A DNA stretch of 64,000 nt from Candidatus Marinacidobacterales bacterium (GCA_965219415.1 CBDCNP010000002.1:1600001-1664000), one strand, 5' to 3'. Positions 1 through 10,773 are shown, numbered from the stretch's first letter. Notes: generated from the sequence alone by a model not told the origin. A program made the numbers and translations.

Positions 1-397
1 GCAACCGGTAGTGAATCCTGGTTCGCCCTCACGAATCGGAAGGCTTCGGTGGTACCGACTCGGTCTCCCGAGCGAACCAGGCCGCGGCTTTTGAGAGGAT
101 CTCCCGCTCCAACCGTAGTTGACGGTTCTCCCGTCGCAGGCGGCGGAGCTCCGCACGCTCCTCACTCGTCAGACCGTCCTGCCTGCGACCCTCGTCGAGA
201 TCCGCCTGGTTCACCCAGTTCCGGATCGTCTGGCCCGAGGGCTCAAACTCTCGCGCCAGCTCTTCGGAGCCGCGGCCAGCTCGCACCAGCTCTACCATTT
301 GGCGCCGGAACTCGGCCGCGTATCTGTTTCCCTGCTTTGACATCGTGGACTCCTGTCTCCCAAAGGATTAGGTGTCCACGAAAGCGGGTCAAGTCCA
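1..397 (-). mobile_element. IS3-family insertion sequence, copy 1 (runs off the window start)
   Basis: Matches 37043-37439 except one substitution seen (C311 vs T37353, synonymous). Ends in the terminal IR TGGACTTGACCCGCTTTCGTGGACA on the minus strand. Confidence 0.95.
29..343 (-). CDS. IS3-family transposase OrfA
   Basis: HTH (RYAAEF...QTIRNWV), coiled coil and ILSKAAAWFA motif; same protein as 37071-37385. Confidence 0.95.
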   Translation of the reverse strand: MSKQGNRYAAEFRRQMVELVRAGRGSEELAREFEPSGQTIRNWVNQADLDEGRRQDGLTSEERAELRRLRRENRQLRLEREILSKAAAWFARETESVPPKPSDS

Positions 398-658
398 AAA
401 ATGTACTTTGGCCACTTGATCTTCAATGGTGGCGGCCCGATCCAGGTCCAGGTACAACACAAGCTCAACAATGGCGGAGGATCGCTCACCTGCACCTACA
501 ACATCAGCACCAGCGACTTTTGGCTACTCACATGCGAAGTCGATCCTAGCAGCATCCGCCCCGGCTACTACAAAGTCACCTCGAACTACAGGGTCACCAG
601 TGGCGGTTCCGGCGGTGGCAAGGAAACGGCTTGGTTCGACATCTTCGGTAGCTGCTAA
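398..658 (+). pseudogene. 3' remnant of an unknown beta-rich, Cys-containing protein, probably interrupted by the IS
   Basis: Frame with coding-like codon bias starts right at the IS end; no RBS; 5' part not in window. Confidence 0.5.
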
Positions 659-765
659 CTAGCTTGGAGGACGGGTGCTTACCCGTCCTCCGTTTCACAC
701 CCCATCCTTGCTTCCCTCGAAGTCTGCTCGCCCGCGGCCCATCATCCCGGGCTCCCCACCGAAAG

Positions 766-774
766 TGCTATACT
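766..774 (+). promoter_or_regulatory. Extended -10 promoter (TGcTATACT) of the dehydrogenase operon
   Basis: TGnTATACT about 70 nt upstream of GAGGAG RBS and ATG 847. Confidence 0.6.
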
Positions 775-846
775 CTGCTGGCTTTAGAGCGTCGTTTCCC
801 TCTCCCCATTGGGGAGAGTGGCGCGGCCGACTTCGAGGAGTCCGAC

Positions 847-1914
847 ATGGCGACCACCAAAGCCAAGACCCTGAGTTGGAAGTTCAAGCCGCTCGATCCC
901 GAGATGGATCGCACCGAGCTCGACCCCGGCTCTCTCACCTTGTCCCGCGAAGAGCTCCTCAAGCTCTACCGGGCGATGCGCATGAGCCGGACGTTCGAGC
1001 ACCGACTCGCGTCGCTCTACCGCCAGGGCCGCGTGGTGGGGGCCGTCTACCTGGGAATGGGCCAAGAAGCCATCTGCACCGGCGTCACGAGTCTTCTTAA
1101 TAAGGATGACTACTTCAACACCATCGGCCGAAACCTGGGCGCATGGTTCTACCGCGGCGTCGAGCCCAAGCACGTCCTCGCCCGCTGGCTCGGAAAAGAC
1201 GAGCAGCCTTGTCACGGTCGGGACCTCGGGCTCTTTCTCGCCGATCTCAATAACTTCGGCATCGCCCCCTATCACAATGGCTCGATGGCTTCGTGGATTC
1301 CGTCCGGCGCGGGCTTCGCGCTTGCCTTCAAGATGCGGAAGGAGCCGCGGGTCTACGTCGCTTTCACCGGAGACGGTGCCACCAGTCCGGGAGATTTCTA
1401 CGAGGGGCTCAACTTTGCCGCCATTCACAAACTACCGCTCGTCGTCATCGTCGAGAACAACTATTTCGGCTATTCGACGGGTAACGAACGACAGATGCCG
1501 GTCGAAAACGTCGCCGACCGGGCACCCGCTTTCAAAATCCCGCATCAGATCGCCTTCGGCAATTGCATCTTCACCGTCATCGAAGTCGCTAAACGCGCCA
1601 TCGACTACGCGCGCTCCGGCAAGGGCCCGTACCTGGTGGAATTCAAGACCTTTCGTCAGCGCGGACACGGTGAGCACGACGACGCATCCTACGTTCCCAA
1701 AGAAATGCGCGAGTATTGGGAAGCGCGGGATCCGGTCGACCTCTACACCAAATACCTCCTCGGCAAGGGTGGCTTCACCCAAGAAGAGATCGATGCGATC
1801 GATGCCGATTGCAAGAGCATCATGGACGAAGCCGTCGAATACGCGGAGGCCCTACCCTATCCCGACCCGAGCACCGTGACCCAAGGGCTCTTCGCTCCCC
1901 GAGAGACATCGTAA
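847..1914 (+). CDS. 2-oxoacid dehydrogenase E1 alpha subunit (TPP-dependent)
   Basis: GQEA, GDGA...NN TPP motif and GHGEHDD loop. Start moved to ATG 847 after GAGGAG. Confidence 0.93.
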   Translation: MATTKAKTLSWKFKPLDPEMDRTELDPGSLTLSREELLKLYRAMRMSRTFEHRLASLYRQGRVVGAVYLGMGQEAICTGVTSLLNKDDYFNTIGRNLGAWFYRGVEPKHVLARWLGKDEQPCHGRDLGLFLADLNNFGIAPYHNGSMASWIPSGAGFALAFKMRKEPRVYVAFTGDGATSPGDFYEGLNFAAIHKLPLVVIVENNYFGYSTGNERQMPVENVADRAPAFKIPHQIAFGNCIFTVIEVAKRAIDYARSGKGPYLVEFKTFRQRGHGEHDDASYVPKEMREYWEARDPVDLYTKYLLGKGGFTQEEIDAIDADCKSIMDEAVEYAEALPYPDPSTVTQGLFAPRETS

Positions 1915-2888
1915 TGCCTGTCATCACGTACTTGGATGCCATCAGCCATGCTCTACGCGAGGAGATGCGCCGCGATCCGACTGTTTTTCTCATGGGCGAA
2001 GACATCGGAGTCTTTGGTGGAGCCTTCCGCATCACCAAAGGCTTCATCGATGAGTTCGGAGAAGAACGCGTCATCGATACTCCGATCTCGGAATCGGGTT
2101 TCGTCGGTGCCGCCTGCGGTGCCGCCATCGAGGGCTTCCGGCCGGTGGTCGAGTTTCAGTTCGCCGACTTCATCGCCTGCGCCTTCGATCAGATCGTGAA
2201 TTTCTCCGCCAAGTGCCATTACCGTTGGGGCATCCGGATGCCGGTCGTCTTCCGCGGCCCCTCGGGCGGAGGATTCCGCGGCGGTCCCTTTCATTCTCAA
2301 AACCCTGAGGCCTGGTTCACTCACGTCCCAGGGCTCAAGGTCGTACAACCTTCGACTCCCTATGACGCCAAGGGTCTTCTCAAGGCAGCCATCCGCGACA
2401 ACAACCCGGTGATCTACTTCGAGCACAAACACCTTTACCGAAGGGTCCGCGAGGACGTTCCCGAAGAGGACTTCGAGGTACCCATCGGGGTCGCGGACGT
2501 GAAACGCGAGGGAGACGACCTCACCATCATTACTTATGGTTCCATGGTCCACGAATGCCTCGAAATCGCGGAAAAACTTTCCGAGGATGGCGCCGAGTGC
2601 GAAGTCATCGATCTCCGCACCTTGGTGCCGCTCGACAAAGAGTGTTTCCTCGAAAGCGTGCGCAAGACATCCAAGGCTCTCGTCGTTCACGAGGCACACC
2701 TGACATCGGGCTTCGGGGGCGAAGTCGCGGCGATCCTCGCCGAAGAAGCCTTCGAGTCCCTCGATGCACCAGTCAAGCGCATCGGGTCTCTCGACGTTCC
2801 CGTGCCTTTTAGCCCGCCCCTCGAAGACGCGGTCTTGCCGAGCACCGAAAAGATCGAGGCCGCAGCTCGCGAGCTCTTGGATTACTGA
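1914..2888 (+). CDS. 2-oxoacid dehydrogenase E1 beta subunit (probably branched-chain type)
   Basis: GEDIG, DTPISE, EFQFADF, HSQNPE, FEHK motifs; TAATG coupling with E1 alpha. Confidence 0.93.
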   Translation: MPVITYLDAISHALREEMRRDPTVFLMGEDIGVFGGAFRITKGFIDEFGEERVIDTPISESGFVGAACGAAIEGFRPVVEFQFADFIACAFDQIVNFSAKCHYRWGIRMPVVFRGPSGGGFRGGPFHSQNPEAWFTHVPGLKVVQPSTPYDAKGLLKAAIRDNNPVIYFEHKHLYRRVREDVPEEDFEVPIGVADVKREGDDLTIITYGSMVHECLEIAEKLSEDGAECEVIDLRTLVPLDKECFLESVRKTSKALVVHEAHLTSGFGGEVAAILAEEAFESLDAPVKRIGSLDVPVPFSPPLEDAVLPSTEKIEAAARELLDY

Positions 2889-2902
2889 GGAGAAGACGAA
2901 GG

Positions 2903-4384
2903 ATGCCGACACCCGTTGTCATGCCCCAGATGGGCGAAAGCCTTTCCGAAGGCACCGTCACCAAGTGGTACAAGAAGGTAGGGGAACAAGTCGAGGCGGA
3001 CGAACCGTTATTCGAGATCTCGACCGATAAAGTCGACACCGAAATCCCGGCACCCGCGTCGGGCGTCCTCCAGAAGATCCTGGTTCAAGAAGGTGAGACC
3101 GTAGCCGTCGAGACCGTGGTCGGCGTTATCGCTGCGAAAGAGGACACTTCAGCAACGGCTCAGATCCCCGCCGCTGCACCAAGAACCGCCGCTAAGCAAG
3201 AGCCCCCGCCCACCAGCGGGTCGGACAGCGGGCATTTCCGCGAAGCGCAAAAGCCGACGACGTTTCAAAGAAGAACGGCTGCCCCGAGTAGGCCAACCGC
3301 AAGCACAGGCGAAAAGAAAGGCACCTTGTCGCCAGCGGTCTTGGGTCTGGCCGCGGACAATCAGATCCCGATGGAGGAGCTCCTCAGGATTCCCGGAACG
3401 GGAATCGGCGGCCGTATCCGAAGAAAAGATGTGGAACGCTACCTCGAACAGCGCACACAAGCCACGCCGACGCCGCCGGCCGCGCCGCCTCAACCCACGG
3501 CTGGCCCGCCGCCCGGCTACCCTCCGCCAGCACCGGCCTACTCCTGGCCGCCGTCCTATTACCCGCACGCTCCGAATCCCTTCGCCGTGCCGTCACCTTA
3601 TCCCCCCCAGGCCCTGGTTCCCGCTCCGCCCGCAGAAGCGCTGCCCGCCGCGCCCCAGGCCGACGAGACTCCCCAAGAGTATCTCTATAAACCCGAGCCC
3701 GAAGACACCGTCGTGCCCATGAGCACGATGCGCAAGAAGATCGCCGACCACATGATGTGGAGCCAGCGGATCTCGGCTCAGGTGACGTCTTTCAGCGAAT
3801 GCGACATGCATCGCATCGTCACGTACCGCGATGAGCACAAGGGCGACTTCGAAGCCGCCGAGGGAGTTCCACTCACCTTTCTCCCCTTCGTGGCCGAAGC
3901 TACCATCAAGGCCATCAAGGAGTTCCCCATCTTCAACGCCTCGGCGCTACCCGGCCAGATCGTGATGAAAAAGCACGTCCATCTTGGCATCGCGGTCGCC
4001 CTCGACGAAGGACTCATCGTCCCCGTCATCCATAACGCCGATGAGATGAACTTCGTGGGCCTAGCCCGCGCTATGCACGACGTCGCCACCCGTGCCCGTA
4101 ACAAAGAGCTCTCCGTCGACGAAGTTCAGGGGGCGACCTTCACCGTCACCAACCCCGGCATGTTCGGAGGCCTTACTGGAACCCCGATGATCGTTCAGCC
4201 CCAGGTGGCAATTCTGGGCCTCGGAGCCATCCAGAAGAAGCCGGTGGTCATCGAGGATGCGATCGGCATCCGGCCCATCATGGTCCTGGCCCTGACTCTC
4301 GACCACCGCATCATCGATGGGGCCACCGGGTTTCAATTCATTGAGCGGGTGAGGCTCAATCTGGAGCACTTCGAGCTCCCCTGA
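2903..4384 (+). CDS. Dihydrolipoamide acyltransferase E2
   Basis: Lipoyl domain (STDKVD), E3-binding GTGIGGRI, Pro-rich linker, catalytic DHRIIDG. Confidence 0.95.
   Translation: MPTPVVMPQMGESLSEGTVTKWYKKVGEQVEADEPLFEISTDKVDTEIPAPASGVLQKILVQEGETVAVETVVGVIAAKEDTSATAQIPAAAPRTAAKQEPPPTSGSDSGHFREAQKPTTFQRRTAAPSRPTASTGEKKGTLSPAVLGLAADNQIPMEELLRIPGTGIGGRIRRKDVERYLEQRTQATPTPPAAPPQPTAGPPPGYPPPAPAYSWPPSYYPHAPNPFAVPSPYPPQALVPAPPAEALPAAPQADETPQEYLYKPEPEDTVVPMSTMRKKIADHMMWSQRISAQVTSFSECDMHRIVTYRDEHKGDFEAAEGVPLTFLPFVAEATIKAIKEFPIFNASALPGQIVMKKHVHLGIAVALDEGLIVPVIHNADEMNFVGLARAMHDVATRARNKELSVDEVQGATFTVTNPGMFGGLTGTPMIVQPQVAILGLGAIQKKPVVIEDAIGIRPIMVLALTLDHRIIDGATGFQFIERVRLNLEHFELP
4328..4384 (+). repeat. Left copy of a 57-bp imperfect direct repeat (E2 3' end, GFQFIERVRLNLEHFELP*)
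   Basis: 45/57 nt identical to 5621-5677; all differences synonymous. Confidence 0.92.
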
Positions 4385-4440
4385 AGACTTCGGTGGTTCG
4401 GATCACCGAAATAAACTACTTAGGTTCAGTAGGTTCAAAA

Positions 4441-4502
4441 CATGTCGACCACGTCGACATGTCGGTGAAATATGTCGATAGAATAGCTTTTTTTCGACAT
4501 AT
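4441..4502. promoter_or_regulatory. Two ATGTCGA/TCGACAT inverted repeats upstream of fic (putative operator)
   Basis: CATGTCGAC-cac-GTCGACATG (4441-4461) and ATATGTCGA-N15-TCGACATAT (4470-4502). Confidence 0.65.
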
Positions 4503-4510
4503 ACTTAGAT

Positions 4511-5590
4511 GTGTCCTTCGATCCTCACCAGCCCTTCAACGCCTTGCCTCCGTTACCTCCCCATCTCGAGCTGGAGACCTCGACCATACTCAAGAAAGCA
4601 ACCGCCGCCCACCGACCTCTGGCCGAGCTCAAGGGGGCCGCCGCCGTGTTGCCGAATCCCCGAATTCTGGTTGATGGAATCGTCTTGCAGGAGGCGAGGT
4701 TGTCATCCGAGATCGAGCAAATCGTGACAACGTCCGACGAGCTCTATCGGGCCGCTGCAGGAGGCACCGCTGGGCTCGACCCATCTACCAAAGAAGTGGT
4801 CCGATACCGCGAGGCACTATGGCACGGATGTGAAGTGCTTGGAAGCCGCCCTCTGAGCACGAATCTGTTCGTGGTCCTGATGCGGATTATCAAAGACACC
4901 GACGCGAGCATTCGTTCGGTGCCCGGCGTTCGGATCCTAGGCGCCGGCGGCGAAATCGTCTACACGCCGCCGGAAGGCGAACAGCTCATCCGCGACAAGC
5001 TCGAGAATCTCGAGCACTTTCTCCATGCGGACGACGATCGCGACCCGCTCGTCAAAATGGCGGCTGCCCATTATCAGTTCGAAGCCATCCACCCCTTCAC
5101 CGACGGCAACGGTCGCAGCGGTCGGATCATCAATATTCTCTTCCTGATCGAGAACGGCCTCCTCGATCTCCCGGTGCTATACCTGAGCCGCTACATCATC
5201 GAGCACAAGCGTGAGTACTACGATAGACTGCGCGCCGTGACGGAACAGCAACAGTGGGAGCCCTGGATTCTGTACATGCTGAGCGCAGTCGAGGAAAGCG
5301 CCTCCACGACCCGTGCACAGATAAGCGCCATCGTTTCACTGATGGACGAAACACGGGAGCGTATCCGCCTGAAGCTACCCAAGATCTATTCGAGAGATCT
5401 CGTCGAAGTGATATTCGAACACCCGTACTGCAAGATCAATTTCTTGGAGCGAGCCGGCATCGCCAAACGACAGACTGCAGCTCACTACCTGCGTCAACTA
5501 GAAGAGCTTGGTATTCTACGGAGCGAGAAACACGGGCGGGACGTCTACTTCATCAACACACGGTTGATGGCAGCGTTGGGTGCTTCATAG
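4511..5590 (+). CDS. fic: Fic-family AMPylase, SoFic-like class II with C-terminal wHTH
   Basis: HPFTDGNGRSGR Fic motif, N-terminal inhibitory SSEIEQ helix, C-terminal RQTAAHYLRQLEELGIL wHTH. Confidence 0.93.
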   Translation: MSFDPHQPFNALPPLPPHLELETSTILKKATAAHRPLAELKGAAAVLPNPRILVDGIVLQEARLSSEIEQIVTTSDELYRAAAGGTAGLDPSTKEVVRYREALWHGCEVLGSRPLSTNLFVVLMRIIKDTDASIRSVPGVRILGAGGEIVYTPPEGEQLIRDKLENLEHFLHADDDRDPLVKMAAAHYQFEAIHPFTDGNGRSGRIINILFLIENGLLDLPVLYLSRYIIEHKREYYDRLRAVTEQQQWEPWILYMLSAVEESASTTRAQISAIVSLMDETRERIRLKLPKIYSRDLVEVIFEHPYCKINFLERAGIAKRQTAAHYLRQLEELGILRSEKHGRDVYFINTRLMAALGAS

Positions 5591-5620
5591 TCCGCCGCGC
5601 CTCGGACGGTTAGAAAAGTG

Positions 5621-5677
5621 GGGTTTCAATTCATCGAACGCGTCAGATTGAATCTAGAGCACTTCGAGTTGCCTTAA
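5621..5677 (+). repeat. Right copy of the 57-bp repeat (orphan E2 3' end)
   Basis: Encodes the same 18 aa plus TAA but has no start of its own. Confidence 0.92.
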
Positions 5678-6140
5678 TCAAGGTCTGTCAAGGCTGTCAG
5701 CGGATTCCCATCGAATCTCGCCCACCTCGATCCCGAGAGACCGAGGATCGATCGAGGGCGTCAGGTTCGGATAGTTTCTGAACTCGACGAAAGGCCGGAA
5801 GGTGGGATGGATTTTCCACTCCACAACCACGCCCTCGGATCTGGAAGGTCCGAGCTCGAACCGACGTTCCTCCCAACCTCCCCGGAGTGTCCCCCGGAAC
5901 TGCTCCCGACCATCGATTCGAATGACCACTTCGACCGGGTGTTCGCTCGCGCGAGGATGCCCATTCGCGAGCTTCACGATCAAGATCTCATCCTCCCAGT
6001 TCAGCCATTTCGCCGCGTGACCGGTCGACCACTGTAAGCTCCCGCCGGCGCTCGCCTCGAGCTCATGAAACCCGAAGCTCCGGTCGCCCGGACCGGGGAT
6101 AGCTTCGAGCCCGAACACTCGCCACGGCAGAGCCGGGCGG
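5678..6140 (-). pseudogene. C-terminal fragment of a membrane/glycan-related protein (beta domain of the kind seen on O-antigen ligase or glycosyltransferase tails)
   Basis: Protein-like stretch SFGFHELE...QWST...TFRP...DPRSLGIEVGEIRW; upstream the frame becomes antisense of the TPR gene. Family is a guess. Confidence 0.5.
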
Positions 6141-8117
6141 CGGGCCGGCCGGCGATCGCGGTCATGTATTTCGAAGACAACACCGGCTCGGAAGAAATTC
6201 GATGGCTCTCCAAAGGGCTCCCCAACATGCTGCTCACCGATCTGGCTCAGACCCCTGGTCTCGATGTGGTGAGCCGTCAGCGCATCCTCGAGATCCTCAA
6301 GCAAGTAGGAGAGGACGACTTGAAGGCGATCGACGCCAGCTTGATCCCCGAGGTCGCCCGCCGAGCCGGAGCGGGGGCGGTCGTCGGAGGGAGTATATAT
6401 AAGGTAGGCGACGACATCCGCATCGACGTCCAGGTCGAAGACGTAGGGAGCGGACGCATCTTGTCCGCTCACAGCGTAAGAGGAAACGACGTCTTCCCAC
6501 TCGTCGACGAGCTGTCGGGACAGATCCGCGCCAGTCTCGACATGACCGATGCGCCCGTCGACCGTGGCATCGCCGACGTCACGACGGCGTCTCTCGAGGC
6601 CTACCGCTTGTACTCCGAGGGCGTGGAAGCCCGGAGAAACCTTCGTCGCCGCATCGACGCTCGCGACCTGCTCGAGAAAGCGATCGAGATCGACCCGACT
6701 TTCGCCATGGCTTACTACGAGCTGGCGAAAACCCCGGAACGGGTTGGAGAAGCGGGCTCCAACAACGAGTACGTTCGCAAGGTTGTCGAGTACATGGATC
6801 GGCTGCCTGAGCGGAAGCGCCTATTGGTCGAAGCCACCAGGGCCATCGAGGAGGAGAGAGAGCCGGAGAAAGCCGAGGAACTTCTGGAGTCGCTTATTTC
6901 TCGCTATCCAGATGAGGAGGAGGCGTACTTTCTTCTTGCCGGCGTTCATCGCGAGCGAAACGAGAGCGGGTTGTATGGTGCCACGTTGGAACGCGGCGTC
7001 GCCGCTGTGCCGGACTCTGGCCTCCTTCGCAACCAATATGGCTACCATCTTCTAGGAAGTGGCCGGTACGAAGAGGTCATACATCAGTTCGAAACGTATG
7101 CGCGCCTGAAGCCCGATGAACCTAACCCCCGTGACAGCTTGGCCGAGGCGTACTTGATCAGCGGCCAACCGATGAAAGCGGCCGAAGAATACGCGCGCGC
7201 CCTCGATGCGGACCCGACCTTTTTCACCTCGCACAGCGGTCGCGCTTGGGCCTTCGCAATCCTCGGCCGATACGATGAGACTCTCGCCGAGCTGGCCGAG
7301 AACGAGAACGTGATCGCCGAGAGCGGTCTGCCGACAACTGGAAACCAGTTCGGTTGGGCGTTCGTATTGTCCCGGATCGGGCGCTATGACGAGGCGGAAG
7401 AACGGCTGGGCAAAGGGATCGAGCAGGCGCTCGGCGAAGGGCCGAGTGCTATTCGTGCCCATCTTCTCTTTCTGGCCGCCCAGGTGGCGATCGAGAGAGG
7501 CGACTACGAGCAGGCCCTCGAGAATCTGACCCAGTCGAAGGAAGGTCTGTCCGGCCCGTATATGAAGAGCCGGGAGGCGATGGTGGCCCACCTCCTGGCG
7601 GGCGTGGCCAAAGCCCGTTCGGGTAAACTCGATGCCGCCCGGGCACACTTGGGAGCGCAGAAGGAAATCCACAACCCCAACGATGCCCTTGGAGACTTTT
7701 GGCTCTATGCGCTCGAGGTGGAGATCGCTCTCGCCGACGGAGATCTCGAGGCGGCGGAGACGGCTTTCGCCGCCGGTCTGCCGGAGTACAAGGCGTGGTT
7801 CAGCAACAGCCAAGGCAGTTGGTCCGCCTTCACGAACAATCTCCCCTTCCGCAATGGGCAGGCTCGCATCGAGGAAGCCCGCGGAAACCTGGCCGGCGCC
7901 ATCGAGATTTACCGCGGCCTCCTCACCCCGGGTACCGACTTCCAAGTGGACGGCCGCGCTCGAGCCGCGCCATGTGCTGGAGTTGGCGCGTTTGCTCGAC
8001 AAATCGGGAGATAGCGAAGCCGCGCGCCGCGAGTACACGCGTTTCCTGGACTTATGGAAAGGCGCCGACCAAGGCCTTCCGGAGCTTCAGGAGGCCCAGT
8101 CCTACCTGGCGTCTTGA
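6140..8117 (+). pseudogene. TolB-N/FlgO-like plus TPR protein, 5'-truncated and frameshifted near 7940
   Basis: Similarity to the 8339-10735 paralog begins at GRPAIAVMYFEDN; the C-terminus (KWTAALEPR...QEAQSYLAS) is in another frame (ORF 7632-8117). Confidence 0.8.
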
Positions 8118-8174
8118 CGAGCTAACTGACGCCCCCCATCGAATCCAATCTTCTGGATTCCGCCTTTTCGAAGC

Positions 8175-10735
8175 GGGGTCGTTCATCGCGACTTGAAACC
8201 GGACAACGTCCTGCTATCGGAAGACGGCTTCGCGAAGATCATCGACTTCGGGCTAGCGAAACTGGGTGAGCCGGTGCCGTCACCGGATGGCAACACCGTC
8301 GAGCACGAGGCCGAGACTTTGGTTCGGCACAGGACGGCTTGGTCCTCGGAACCGTTGCCTACATGTCTCCCGAACAGGCGCGAGCCAACGCCGTCGATGC
8401 ACGGACCGATGTCTTTTCTCTTGGCGTTGTTTTCCACGAGATGTTGGCGGGCGATCCGCCGTTCCAGAGAGCCAGCGTCGCAGAGACGTTGAGTGCCATT
8501 TTGAAGGAAGACCCCTCTCCCCTCCCCGAGGACGTCACTTCTCTCGCCCCCGAGCTTCCTCCCATCTTGCGGAAGTCTCTGAGCAAGAAACCCGACGACC
8601 GCTATCAGCGAATGAGAGAGGTTGCTCAAGCGATTCGGGAAGTCCGTGACCGCATGGGAAGTGGGGCACGACCTGTTTTTGGCCTCGGGTTACCTAAGAA
8701 GGTTCGCACCGCCGGTATCGGAGCCTCGGGCCGTCCCGCCATCGCCGTGATGTACTTCGAAGACAACACCGGCTCGGAGGAGATCCGCTGGCTCTCCAAG
8801 GGACTGCCGAACATGCTGCTGACCGATCTGGCGCGGACGCCCGGACTCGATGTCGTGAGCCGACAGCGAATTCAGGAGCTCCTCAAACAGGTTGGAGAGG
8901 AAGACCTCGACGCGCTCGACGCCAGCCTGGTCCCGGAGATCGCCCGGCGAGCCGGAGCGGGAGCGGTGGTCGGTGGGAGCATCTACAAGATCGGTGATGA
9001 AATCCGGATCGATGTCCAAGTCGAAGACGTAGGAAGTGGGAGAATTCTGTCGGCGCACAGTGTGAGGGGGGACGATGTCTTCCCACTCGTCGATGAGCTC
9101 ACCGGTCGTATCCGAGCGAGTTTGAACATGGCCGACGCTCCTTTGGAGCGAGGCATCGCCGACGTGACCACTGCGAATCTCGAGGCCTACCGGCACTATA
9201 GCGAAGGTTTGGAAGCATACCGAAATTTCCGCTGGTCCGACGCGCGAGCGCATTTGGAGAGAGCGGTGGAAATCGATCCCTCTTTCGCCCTCGCGTACTT
9301 TCGACTCTCGCAACTATCCGGTCTTTGGGCGGATGAGACGGTACAGGAAGGCTATCGCCAGAAAGTCCGCGACCATCTGGATCGGATGCCGGAACGCCGG
9401 CGACTCTTCGTGGAGGCGAGTTTCGCGCAACAACAGGACGACGATCCGGAACAGGCGAAGGAGTTACTCGAGGAGCTTCTCACCCGCTATCCCGACGAGG
9501 AAGACGCCTACACGCTCCTCTCGGTTATCTATAATGGTCCCCTCAACGAGCGGCCCAAAGCCATCGAGACCCTCGCCCGCGGAACGGTGGCAGTTCCCAC
9601 CTCGGGTACGATCCGCAATCAACTCGGCTACTACTTTTTGTATGACGGGCGCTATCCAGAAGCCTTCCGTGAGTTGGAAGCCTACGCCGACCTCAACCCC
9701 CACGAGCCGAACCCCTTCGACAGCATGGGCGAGGCGTACTTGTTTACGGGACAACCCGACAAGGCGCTCGCGAGCTACGGTCAAGCGCTCGAAGTCGACC
9801 CTTCGTTCTTCAACGCGAACACCGGTCGAGCATGGGCGTTCGCAATGTTGGGACGTTACGACGAAGCCCGCGACGAGACGTTGAACGTGCAGAAGACGAT
9901 CGATGAAGCGGGTTTTCAGAATCTGGAGCCGACGACGATGTTCGTCTCGGCTTTCTTGGCTTCTCGAGTCGGGCGCTACCAGGAGGCCGAGGAGCAAATC
10001 TCGCTTGGAATCGATCTGGCACAGAAGCTCGACCAGACCGGCGTGGTGGTACCGCTGCATCTCTTGTCGGCCGCCATGGCTCTCGAACGCGAGGACTATT
10101 CCCGCGTGGTGGAGCTAGCGAACGAGGCACAGAGATTTCTCCCAGAGCTGGAGAGTGAGGAGCAAAGAAAGGCGCAGTCAATTTTCGCCGATCTGCTCGC
10201 GGGTACTGCAGAGGCGCGAACCGGCGATATAGAAGCGGCACGCGCGCGTTTGGGCTCTCAGCGTGAGCTGTACGACCCGGAGCGAGAGCTGCTGAACTGG
10301 GCGTATCACGCGCTAGAGGGCGAGATCGCTCTGACGGCGGGTGAGCTCGAAGAAGCCGCGGCCGCGCTCACCGCCGGGGAGCCCGAGATCAAGATGCACT
10401 TGCACATGACCGCCGCCATCGTGAGCCTGGCCGCCAACAACCCACCACTACGCGACGGGATGGCGCGGGTGAAGAAAGCGCAAGGAGACCTCGCAGGAGC
10501 GATCGCGATCTATCGAGGTCTCTGGAGGCCGAACATCAGTGCCAAGTGGACGGCGATGCTCGAGCCGCGTTTCGTCCTCGAACTGGCCCGTTTGCTAGAG
10601 GAGTCCGGCGACACGGCTGCGGCGCGCGACGAATACGAGCGATTCCTGAGCCTTTGGAAGAATGCCGACCCGGAGCTTCCCGAGCTTCAAGAAGCCCGCG
10701 AATACCTGGCGTCTGACCACACTCAGACTAGCTAA
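8175..10735 (+). pseudogene. Ser/Thr kinase-TPR protein lacking the kinase N-lobe, frameshifted near 8178 and 8327
   Basis: VHRDLKPDN and DFGLAK in one frame, [10 protein letters not shown]...DVFSLG in the next. Only about 60 nt follow the previous stop, leaving no room for the N-lobe. Confidence 0.82.
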
Positions 10736-10759
10736 GCCCCGATTGACGCCCGTACGAAG

Positions 10760-10768
10760 TGCTATCCT
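10760..10768 (+). promoter_or_regulatory. Extended -10 (TGcTATCCT) 5 nt before ATG; leaderless-type
   Basis: Read directly; no SD before ATG 10774. Confidence 0.5.
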
Positions 10769-10773
10769 GTTCC

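Noticed and set aside
664-846. N-terminal extensions in the ORF track (also 1716, 30241, 42455, 54149)
   Set aside because: Downstream ATGs have RBS, coupling or promoter support, and the extensions overlap promoters or other genes.
3460-3670. Pro-rich low-complexity insert in E2
   Set aside because: Pro/Ala linkers are normal in E2; the frame is intact and no insertion boundaries are visible.
4385-5620. Prophage or ICE at the fic site
   Set aside because: No integrase, phage or conjugation genes between or near the repeats.
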